Shown: positions 1-10,720 of the stretch, one piece after another | How the letters are laid out: the number at the start of each line of letters is the position of its first letter | How positions within the stretch are numbered: position 1 is the first letter of the stretch | Assembly (NCBI GenBank): GCA_036172245.1 | Contig: JAYWIR010000023.1 | Span: 3,038,001-3,102,000, forward strand | Length of the DNA stretch: 64,000 nucleotides | Source: Raillietiella orientalis | Lineage: Eukaryota | Direction: 5' to 3' | The notes under the pieces: generated by a model | Told to the model about the DNA's origin: nothing | The model's database searches: none | Seen by the model: only the letters and a program-made list of their open reading frames with translations | Position numbers and translations under genes: made by a program

Positions 1-600
1 ATACATTATTAAACGAATTTATTTGAACATACAACAGTAACATATTTGTTTTAACATATTTGTTCATTAATATTTATTAACATACGTATTACTAATATGG
101 ATCAATGTATTATTAATATACGTTCAAGATCAAGATGAATAAATCTACGTGTTTATTATATATATTAACATGTGTTTGTGAATAAAATATACATTAAACG
201 AATATGTAAAAAAATAAAAGATAATAATGGCAATCAAAAAAAGGGGAAAAATTAAAAAAGAAAACAAATTAAAAGACCAAAGGAGGAAGTTTGTACTCCA
301 CTCAATAAATGAAACTTTCGCAGCAAATGATGAATTCTATTTTCGGGATTTTAATCATTTGATAAATATACACCTTTGTGATTACATACTTACATATTCA
401 TTTAATATACATTTATTTTGTAAGTAACATATTTAGCAAGCATATATTATATTTATTTTCACAATCTTTATAATATAAATGCATATTAATGAATATGTGT
501 GTTACAATAAATTTGTAGATTAATCTGTATATAAATATATAATAGTCTACACATAGATATATGTATTCGTAAACATAATAAGCATATACATTTAGTTTTT
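1..600. repeat. Very AT-rich low-complexity tract with recurring AACATATTT/ATATACA-like words
   Basis: Composition and recurring words are visible directly; there is no fixed period. Confidence 0.55.
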
Positions 601-749
601 GTAATCTTTCGGTATTTTGATCGAAATCGGAACACATGTCCGAGGAGATGGCCACCCTGTTGTAATCTATGAAGCTTTAATAGGTTAGGTTGAGTTCCAT
701 TTATCACATCCTAACTCCATTTTGGAGGTGGCTTCTCAATCTGGTCATT

Positions 750-1470
750 AGGGATGTTTGTCCCGGATGAGAAGATGGCAGAGAAAACAGCTATCCCAGC
801 ATCCGAATACTGCATCGACTTTAAAAATAAGTGGGGTGAATCTGGTGGAAATCATCGTGATCTCCTTCGGGAGCTTTTTTGCAGGATGCGGGGAAAAACC
901 AGATGGAATACGGAAAAGCCTACCTTTACGCTCGCACGCAGGCAGAGGCCTGGAGCATTCGTCAACTTCCAGAATACGAAGGGAGAGCTGAGGCGAATCT
1001 GGCGTTCCACTGCACCAACAGCAATCGGCGGAAGTAGAAGAGCGCAGTGTGAAGAGGAAGAAATGCAAAGTTGTCGAAATACTTTGCCACCGACTGTGTG
1101 GCGCGAGAAGAGATGGTGAGGCGGCAGCTGAAATGCTCTCAACAGCGACCAAGTGGACATCCATGAACAGCCTTGGGAATCGGAAAAACGGAAGGCTTCC
1201 CGGGGAATCCAAACAGTCGGAAAAATCCAGTTTCCTGTGGTTCCTGGAGAGAACAGTGGAGCCCTACTGATTTTCACGCGACATTCCTAGAACATCCTTC
1301 CTTGACTCCTTCCCCCAGATGGAACAGTCACTGAAACGCATGACCAGTAATGGACGATGGGCAGTGCGCCGACGGTTTTCGCGAGTCAGATTTCCACCGA
1401 GCTCTTGCAATCTAAAGAGAACAAAGAATCGAAGACTTGGCGCACTTTATTTTTATTTATTTATTTTTCC
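750..1470 (+). mobile_element. Degenerate LINE reverse-transcriptase C-terminal region (possible)
   Basis: GC-rich block after an AT-rich tract. LKISGVNL resembles the K(Y/I)LG(V/I) thumb motif and WSIRQLPEYEGR resembles W..R.LS..GR; T-rich end at ~1446-1468. Frameshifted. Confidence 0.35.
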
Positions 1471-2644
1471 CAGAAATTGTCTTTTTACGAAACTCGTTTT
1501 TGCAAAGGAATGGAGCAGTTGGCCATCTTTTCACATGAAGGAAATGAAGGTAAGCATTTATTGGCAACAATAAACATGGTTGACTGAAATACTGATCTTC
1601 CGCCCATTCCACGGCATAATTTCCCGGATCACCTGTATGTCTGGTCAGCATGTGGACTATCAGTTCGTAAGCGCTCATCGTAATGGCAGAATTTGGGATC
1701 TGCCTGAACAGTTGGTGTCCATCCTTCTGTACATGGCCCCAAACCTTTTCTTCCTCCCTTATAACAAGAACTAGGGTTTGAAAAAATCGCTTGTACTCGG
1801 ATCTCTCTTCCCGAGATCGCGTTCTTGCCTTTAGTAAACCTTGACCTGGAAACACTGGTTTCACAATGAGGTCGGTCAATCTTGAACGGGATCATCAGAG
1901 CCGAAATCAGCAGCTTCCACTCAGATATGCGGTGGAGTTTAGCAAAGAAAAGACAGTCACGAGCCTGTTCTGCTCCCATAGTGGTTAGCAGCGAGAACAA
2001 GGAAAGGTGGCAGCTGCGGTGTTAGCTCTGTACCTGGAGAAGGCTGTCGACAGTATCGTTCTTGAACTGTAATGAGGATTATTGCCAAAATAGCAAATAG
2101 GATCTAAAACGACCGCAAAGTCGGTGGAAGACTCTATCACCGACATGATTCCGGTGGATGTCCACAGCACAGTACAACAGGAAGTGAGGAAGCAATCCGT
2201 CCCCAGGCTTACTGCGGACCCAACTAAAGATTTACCTGTGAAGCTGTAGTAGACGCCTTGAAACCCAAGAGACCTTAGGATTGTAGGTGACTTTGATTAT
2301 CACAGGCAAGAGGATGACGCTCTCCTCTTTGCCATCATCAAGCAGAAGTAGGGAAACGCAGCAAAGTCCACTTTTGCAGCTGTCGTCGAAAGGAGCTGGA
2401 TCTTCGGACAATCCAAGGAAAGCGAAAGTGTGGCCATACTGCAGCGCACGGCCGAAACAGTGTCAGGCACCGAAACACCTGGATCTTCCATGTGTTCAAC
2501 TTCCTTAAAAAAAGACTGGGACGAAGTCATTATAAGTGGAATACAGCTGAAGGTACTGAAGGATCTTGACTGGCCTGGCTTGACCCGGTCTGACTGAATG
2601 GATTCAACTAACATTACGACCCGCGTTCGCGGCTGTGTGGCTGC

Positions 2645-3300
2645 GGCCCCCACGCATGGTGCCAAATGTTGCGGGTTCGAACCCCCACCTGAAGGATCGA
2701 CGCCGAGAATGGGGGTACGTCGTAGGTTTCGAGTCCTTCCCTCAGGATGGCTTATTCGGTGCGGCACTGGTGGAAGCAGTCGGAAACCCCGGATGCCTCC
2801 GCTGACCGGCCAGGGCTGGAAGTTGATCCTCCGAGATCCATCCGGGAATCAAGGAGTCATTCGGGGCTCTCCTCCGGTTGTGAAAATGGAACCGTCCTCC
2901 TCCCGCGGGGCGACCCTGCATCCCATTCCATGAAGTTGGTTTACCCCTTCCTCGGAGGTGCTTCTCCAGAGTGTAAAGAAGCGCGCTCTTCCTTGGAGGA
3001 GAGAATTAGAAACGTCCCCTTGGGGTTCTCTCCAGAGGAGAAAGCAAGGGAACCTCTCCCTAGAGGGTTCCCTCTGGAGAAGAAGTTCCAGGAGCGGATC
3101 CCTTCTGGATTTTCTTCGGAGGAGAAACAAGAGGAGAGAATAAGGAAGAGGTTCTCTTCAAGGTTCCCTCCCAAGAGTAAGAGGAACGTACTCCTTCATC
3201 CGGAGCCTTTGTGGATTAATTAAGGTGGTCCCTACGGAGTTGGCTCCTGACACTTGGGTGGCATGGGCAGTATTTAAGGAGCTTTGCTAGCCCCAAGCGT
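2645..3300 (-). mobile_element. LTR-retrotransposon remnant: LTR end plus tRNA-Lys-like primer binding site
   Basis: The minus strand reads ...CCCGCAACA TT TGGCACCATGCGTGGGGGC: a CA terminus, a 2-nt spacer and a PBS resembling the tRNA-Lys PBS TGGCGCCCAACGTGGGGC. A diverged second copy lies at ~21750-22480. The far LTR boundary is not defined. Confidence 0.6.
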
Positions 3301-3375
3301 GTCGGCACCGTCGGGTCTCTCCGATACCCCCATAAGGGGGCGGTAGGTTCTTCAGTATTGGGCAAATTTTTTGAT

Positions 3376-3825
3376 GCTTATCTCGGTAGAATCGCATTGC
3401 ACATCTTTGGCGTTTCCCTCAGCTCGAGGGATCTCTTCATGGGATACTGATTGCCTGAGGCTTTTCCCACCTTCGGCGTTGATACGCTCTCCAGTCTGTC
3501 TGCCCCTAACAGTGTATTCTTAGGGTTCCTCCCCAGCGGCAGAGACCTCGGGAGGTTCGATCCATAGGAATGAAAGTCGAAGGTAAGGTGTTCTGAGCGC
3601 CCCCGACGTTGAGATCGAGTCTTAACCCACTCCTCTTCTTCCTTTCTAACAGTGGTCTCTGCCGCTGGGGAGGAACCCTATTAATACACTGTTAGGGGCA
3701 GACAGACTGGAGAGCATGGCAACGCCGAAGGTGGGAAAAGCCTCAGGCAATAAGTATCCCATGAAGAGATCCCTCGAGCTGAGGGAAACGCCAAAGATGT
3801 GGAATGCGATTCTACCGAGATAAGC
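3376..3825. repeat. Long inverted repeat: 172-bp arms (3376-3547 and 3654-3825) with a 106-nt spacer
   Basis: The arms are reverse complements with about 7 mismatches and no indels by manual comparison. Confidence 0.95.
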
Positions 3826-6800
3826 AGCCCGCGGAATCCTACTCTGAATAGCAGCAAGAACAGCAAGAGAAACAGGAAGATCTTTCAAACTAGGGTCGGC
3901 TGCAAGATCCAGCACCAAAAAGAAACACAAAGGTAAGGCATTCAGGAATAAGAAATATTCTGCATCATTCCATCCTGATGGTGGCGGAATTTACAATGAG
4001 GACGCTGTCTTCCTCCCTATTCAGCACGCTTGGAAAGATCCCACAGGAAGAATCTCTTTTTCTCGGCAAAAAGGAGACACGAATCCAAAAGATTTGATAT
4101 TTGTGGAAAAGTAGGGACGGTGCCCAAGCTTTCTACTGGAGCTCTACGGAAGCAGGATGCATGGAAAAGAACCATCACAGCTCTGCAGAGTAACAAGGTC
4201 ACAGACTATGAAATGGCAGGAGAAGACCTCTGGAAGTTGCCAGGAGCAATCTGCTCAGACCAATAGCAAGCTATTGCTTCCGCAAGATATTTCAGCTGCA
4301 CTTTGCTCTCAATAAGGAGCAGACGAAGCGGAGAGTTCTCTTCCAACTGATTGAAACTCACAGGACAAGGTGCAAACGCAAGACAGCCCTGCAGCAAGGT
4401 CTTAGGGGTGTTGAATAGCAGCATCCAAACCGACCGTGAGCAAAGATGAACAGCAAGAAGTAAAGGCCCACCTTAGTGGACATCAGTCCAGCAACCCTAG
4501 GGAAAATTTTCGGGAATCGATTTGCTTTTGATGCATCAAATGCAGAACATTTTAAGGAAACGCTATTCGGGAGTCACAGATCAACAAGTTGGAATATACA
4601 GCTTGGCAAGCACTAATCTGTCTTCTCAGCAGGAGATGGACTGGATAATGATAATGATGTTTTTCTTCGATCTGATGATTTTCATGGTGCTGTGTTTGCT
4701 TTCTCGAGGGTTGAACATCCCGAGAGGGCGGGGTCACTATAATTAAGGCAGTAAAGAATGCAGGAGATGGAGTTGAAAGTTCTCGTGCACGCTCATCCGG
4801 AATGTCACGTTGTTCGTGCTGTGAGGTGGCACTAGTGGAGCCAGTCCAGCTGATGATAAACCGCTTCTGTGCAGAGATAGCATAAGTGAGGTTAGACTGA
4901 CGCAGTGTAGCGATCGTCGCACGAAGGCCTTCATTGTGGGACATGCAGTTTTATAGCGAGAGACTCTACAAAATTTTCGTTGGAATGGGCGAGAAAGTGG
5001 AATGTCCGTGTGCCAATGTTAATCTATCTTACAGCATTCCGAGCCGATCTTAACCCTCTCCCTCTCTTCCCTCCCCTCCTTCCCGTGTTTTTTTTTTTTT
5101 TTTTTTGCTGTTTTCGTTAGAAAGAAGCGCGTCGAATGAGAAATCAAAAACATCAGAGAACTTTGACTTTGTTGCAGGGATGTCTTGCCTCCGCAACTTT
5201 GTTCTGTGAGTTTTTTCCCAGTCTGAAGAGACCTCTTCATCTCTCCTGTCTGTACCAGGATCCCGTACACGTACAGTTACGAGATTGAGTATTGCGCTTC
5301 TGGATGCAAAAGTTCTACGTTTTCTTGCTCTTGTCCATCGCTGCATGAGACACCATACGTTCTATTCCTTCCACTTTTGTAATTCCTGGAATTAATGGAT
5401 GTTTGAAAGGCAGAGTCTAAAGGAAGCATGGAAGGCTTCATGTCCTAGAAGAATATGTCTCCTGTTTCGATGCTAATGGTGAGAGCCACACAGAGATTGG
5501 CGTGGGAGGTTCTTAAGAAAGGCAAAATAACAAATGATTGCTTGAACCACTGATCCAGGCTGATCCCGAGAGAAAATCCGAGACGAAGCGCGACCTACGA
5601 AAGCTTCCCCTCTACTCACTATGGGTGCTATGCCATGCTGTTTAGGAGCTCAACCAATCCAGACCTGCTTTCGAAGAAGAAGAAATTTCGGGTGCGCATA
5701 AAAAATGGTTTACAGAGCAACTGCTGGTTTCTGCGGAGTTTTTCAAGTCGTGACTTCCAGGATACGCGGAACTTCCCAGAACGCTCGTCTCCTTCCGCGG
5801 ATCCAAGCTTCTTCAGGAAGAAGAGGATGCTCTTTGGGAGAAACAGGTACTCTAAAAAAAATAATGCAGTCTTCGTTCTCCCATCAAATTCGAGTTTCTC
5901 ACACGAACCAGAATCAAGAGATGAGGGTTGTCTCCGTAACCAGATACGGTCGCGCATCTCAATGGTAGCATCGCTGAGGAGCATTATTCTAAGCTTCGTC
6001 CATCTTTTCAGTAAGGAAAAGCGGAAACGTCCGATTAGATTCAAGAGATGGAAGACATTTTGTCTAACATCGCACTGTGCTTATAGCTTGCATCCACGAC
6101 GTAAGATCGCAAGCGTCCCATGTACCGAACGGAATTACCTAATCACCATGCAACTTTCGCGCTCACATTGGATCCGCTTTAACCGAATAATCCAGTTGTT
6201 CAAGGAAAGGGGATCCTCCTATGAAACCAAAACGATAGTGATGGATATTTATTACGGTTTCTTCTGTCTTCGGTCAGGCCACAGAGCTTCATTTCTTGAC
6301 TTGAGTTCCAGTCTTCGAGATTCCCAGAGTTTTCAATCCCACTAGGCACAATGGAGAGCCCGAGGGAAGATTCCCAATGTGAAGTGAGTCATCTCATCAG
6401 CCTGAAAGATGACATCGCATCATTTATAATACGCGAGGCCTACTCTTCTTTGGCACACGCTCTTAAGGTGTTCTTTTCCGCTGGTATCTTGGAATCTACT
6501 CATATTACGGTTCCCATTTTCTGGAGCTGATTTTCTTCGTTCAGTGACTTTCAGATTTTCGTTCTCAGACTGCCGCAAAGAATGATATCCGGAGTAATGT
6601 CCTCGATCAGCCTCATGAATCGCTTGCTAAACCAGAAGAGTTCAGGGGTCAGATCTATTCGACGACAGTTGAGGTATGCTTCATGTATGGTCCATGAGAG
6701 CTTCAAATCTACTTGCATATCCTAGTAAGCCAAATACCTCGAGACAGTTAGCAGGTATCTCTCGTAAAAATGTTTCTTTTAATGTATCCTATGTATAAGA

Positions 6801-7329
6801 CTCATTGAAATGGAACTGTTAAGAGTGAATAACTTTTTATAAGTTCCACTGTACTCGGATTTTTTTCAAAGCGTTCCAAAGTGCATTTCTATCTGAAAAA
6901 CAAGCAAATGGCAGAAATGGAATAGTCTAATCATCAGTCATAAAAATGCCGACAAAGATCAGTATTAAATGAATTACTCCTGAAGGAACCTTGAGAGTAT
7001 CTTTATGTTTATCGCTTACGTGTTCGTCATCTTTTATGTGATCAGATAAAGCATTTCTTTATATCACCTGGTTATTTTTTTTCTCCTCTTAGTCATGGAC
7101 TGTCGGCAGTAGTTATTTTATGCTCTTATGCGAGAGTGTCGGATTCTGATGCATCTGAGAGAATGTCGGAGGCACAGGGCTTACTGTGTATTGCTGATTC
7201 AGCCTAGCACTTCTTGTGAAAGCGAAATTAAGAATGAAGTGATTTTCCAGACAGCCTCCTCTCGGGTTTCAGTCCATCCACCGAATTGTTGGGACTGTGA
7301 GGGATGAAGACATTTCAAGCATAAGCTAT

Positions 7330-7560
7330 TTATTCCGCTTCATTCCAGCACAAGAGCCTTTGCTTGAAAAGTTGACAAACTCCAAAGCAGAAAACTACAA
7401 ACTTTTTCCTTTGAAGTCTTTGATGTATTGAGTGCGCGTGCGCAGTGTTGAGCGAAGCCTTCAGGACAACACGCTGGGATCGAGCCACAAACAATTGGGA
7501 GAGTTCTTGTCGTTTTCGAAGAACTCCAGATTCATCGATCTTAAAGAGAAAAAACATTTG
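7330..7560 (-). mobile_element. Possible decayed Ty3/gypsy integrase zinc-binding region
   Basis: FKIDESGVLRKRQELSQLFVARSQRVVLKASLNTAHAH..QRLQRKKF..C resembles the spacing of the Integrase_H2C2 lead-in (GVL..QL.VP..R..VL...H...H....RL...F). Degenerate. Confidence 0.35.
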
Positions 7561-8895
7561 TAGAGGGAAGATTCATACAGAAGATCATTTCTGACCCCTA
7601 TTAGCAGGAGAAGTTAGTTTTTTTTGGAGAAGTTCCCAAGTAGGCAAGCGCGGGGACACGAACGGTAGTGGCCGTTAACTCGAGAAGAATAAGAATAAGG
7701 GGAAAAAAGATTCGCATCTGATGGAGAAACTGAGAGAGTTACTTTTCTCTTGAAAAAGGTGTAGATGAACGCTGAAACTGGGACCAAATCAGCTGTGCAA
7801 ACAGTAGGAGAGCCAACTTAGGTTGTCCCGTCTGGGATGAGGTTCTGAAGGGCCCCGATCCGATGCCAATGTAGCGGAGGATGAAGTGAAGATTACATTT
7901 AGTTGGCAGCATCTGATGGAGCGAATCGTTTCACTTCTTGTCACCTGACCCAGACGCCAGGTGGCGAACATAGGACGTGCGGACCATCTTTACGTGTTAG
8001 GAGTGCGTAAATATGTTTATTTTTGTTTAGAGTTTTGTTTTTTTGTGAAGATTGCTTCAAACTCATCTTTCGGAATTCGGAGACGCATTTGCAAATGCAT
8101 GCATGGGTTCTCTTCTTTCTTTGTCGTGTGTTTTTCTAATCTTACCCACGAAATGTATGTCTTTGACGGACCATCCTCCTATGTTTTCTAGAACCCCTTC
8201 ACGATCGAAGCTCAACGGACGTAAATTAAAGAATGCTTAGAAAACAAGATTTTGACTGGGAGCGTGAATTCCCCAAAATACTGTTCAGCTTTCGTTTGCA
8301 CCTCTAAACAAGATCTGATGATCCCTCTTGCATGATCTGGGAGATGTCGGAAATTTCCTGTGTGGCGTCCCAACAACCTGGAAATTCGTTAGAAAGCTGC
8401 TCGCAATGGGAGTTCGACAGTGACCTGCCCAGTCAGGTTTTTCCCAAAACAAACGTGATTGAGCTTTGAATTTGCGTTCCCCTTCCTCCCGAAACTCGGA
8501 GATTTGGGGATGATGAGTGAACGCCTTTTTTCTTCATCCTTTTGTCTGTGCACGGATTGCCAGAGAATCATCAGATGAAGAAGAAGAAACAGAATGTATT
8601 CGATGAATTTTGACTTCAAAGCCAATCCGATTTCGATTTCTCGCATCATCACATAAAATGTAACCATGAGAGACGAGTGGAAACTGAACTTTGGCAGATG
8701 GTTTTTAAGGTAGAGACTAGGAGATTCGTTTCTCGTATATTGAAAATGCTTCTCCGGATTGTCAGAGAGGTTCTTCGTACCCAGTTACGCCGGGATGTTT
8801 ATTTTGAAAACAAAACAAAACAAACTACAAGTTAGAGGGGAAGAAGATTGTCTCCTCAAAAACAAGAAATGACCCCTCAAAAGAAGTCCCTTAAG

Positions 8896-9310
8896 TTAAC
8901 CACTGACTCGCAAGCCAACTTCCCAAAAGTAGGGAACGGAGGATGGGAACAGGGATCTTTGGTTTGAGACGTTCCTTGCTTTCTCTAAGAGCGGCTCGGT
9001 ATGGTGGCGATCTCCCTGGAGACTTCTTCTGGCAGGTGAGGCCACCTTGCTGCTGTCCTCATGAGGGCAGCCGCCATACTGATGGCCTCTCTTCGCCGCG
9101 AACTCAATTCTAACACATGATGGACTGTGACTGGAGCGGATGCAACCGATTGCTGCAATCACAGCGCCCTTCTTCAGTGTGCCTTCTGTGAAGAATCGTT
9201 GCAGCAAGTCTGATGCAGTGTCCTGCTGTCGACGGAGAGCCGAAGGGAGTCTCCGCCACAAGTCCTCGAGGGCACTGCAGTCCAACAAAAGGTGAGGGAG
9301 CGATTCCATC
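8896..9310 (-). mobile_element. 3' fragment of the same LINE family, opposite orientation
   Basis: ORF ESLPHLLLDCSALEDLWRRLPSAL..DTASDLLQRFFTEG..GAVIAAIG aligns by eye with the two other copies. Confidence 0.65.
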
Positions 9311-9899
9311 GGCCCCAGTATTTTTTTTTTTTGTTAGAGAGGAACTGGAAGCTGATAAGCCCTTTCATGATCTCCAACGGAAATCCTGAAAGGGCTTATC
9401 CAAAAGGAGATCGGCATAAGAAACTGTGGTAGAGTACAGGCCTGGAACTACCGACATATCCTGAGAAGGATTGAGGACAACGTCCAGGCATAAACGACGC
9501 CCAATGCCCCACGTGTAGTGAACCTCAGTGTTAATCCCACGAAACAGACTCCCAGGTGACATAAGTGGAATGATTCGAGAAAATAAATTCACCTCACCCC
9601 TTGTGGGACTTGGGGAAAAGCGGAACTGGAAGTTGCCTGCCCGTTTCCTACAGGAACTGCATGACTTAGCGATGAGCGTCGACTTATCGATTTTTTTTAA
9701 CGGCCCGAGCAAAATGCGAAAGCAGTTCATTGCGAAAAGGATCACTCCAGACATCCCGTTTCCGATTCACCTGTCGACGGAGAAAGTTCCTTCTATTAAC
9801 GATGCCCCGTAGAATGGGATTCTGGAGGAGCAATGGTTTCTCTTCCTCCTGGTTATCAGGATCAAAGGTAGCGAGTGAGGCATCCTTTCCCGATTCTTA

Positions 9900-10720
9900 G
9901 CTCTCCCCAAGGGTGTGTGGAGCCTCCCCACGAGGCTTTTGCAGGTCAACAGCTTCATCGAGTTTAGTTTCAGGAGGAAACGGTCCACGCGGCAGGTTCC
10001 GCAATCTTCCATCCTTGAGCTCTCTAAGGGCAAACAACGATAGTCGCCTACCGGCGTGGTAGGAGATCTGCACCACTGAAGGGGGAACCAAACTCCTGGG
10101 CGGCTGGAAACCGAGTGAGCTGGTGGACGCCCCTTGACTCGTCAGCGGGCGAAGGGGCTGCTTCGATAGAGCGAGCTGATAAATGCGCCCCCCGAAGAAC
10201 TCGCTGTCCCTTCCCTGTGCATGAGCAGTTTCTCTGGAAGTGGAAGCAGGATAATCCTGCCATTTCTCCACTGGGTAATCCAGTGAAACCGGTGTAGGAA
10301 CTTGGTTTCCAGGGGAGTTGCATCCCAAAACTGTTCAAGGTTCAGGGCTATCGAATCCGCCTGCTGCTGGACTGCAGTGCTCTCCAGGAACTTTGGCGGA
10401 GGCTGACGTCTGTACTCCTGTACCTTGAGGACACTGCTAAGGACTTGCTGAGTCATTCTTCGCGAGTAGTGGAGTCACGACAGGCGCCGTGATTGTGATA
10501 TGCGCCATCGGCCACAGCCCGCCAACTGTTGGAGTTTCGGACGCAGCGAAGAGAGGTCACCTGTATCGCAGGCGTCTACACGAGGACGGCTGCAATACAG
10601 GTAACTCTCACCTACAAGTCAAAAAGATCACCGGCATCCAATGTCGGGTTTAGAAAGAAATAACGGCCGTCACCGATGACTCCTGTCCTCACTCTACCTT
10701 TATTTATTTTTTTCGTGTAT
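9900..10720 (+). mobile_element. 3' fragment of the same L1/Tx1-like LINE family
   Basis: Shares collinear words with 57290-57790 (ctaagggcaa, gcctaccgg, gggcggctgga, gagctgg, gacgcc, gaagaact). Reads LLLDCSALQELWRRLTSVL..DTAKDLL..GAVIVICAI and ends in a T-rich tail. Confidence 0.65.

Noticed and set aside
227..707. Short ORFs in the AT-rich start of the window
   Set aside because: Low-complexity Ile/Tyr/Asn/Lys translations typical of AT-rich non-coding DNA.
2630..2740. tRNA gene suggested by GGTTCGAACCC
   Set aside because: No cloverleaf folds. The tRNA-like 3' sequence ending in CCA is better explained as an antisense PBS next to an LTR end.
5635..6345. 236-aa ORF and its antisense ORF
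   Set aside because: No recognisable domain, no ATG start in the track and no convincing splice context; probably decayed repeat sequence.
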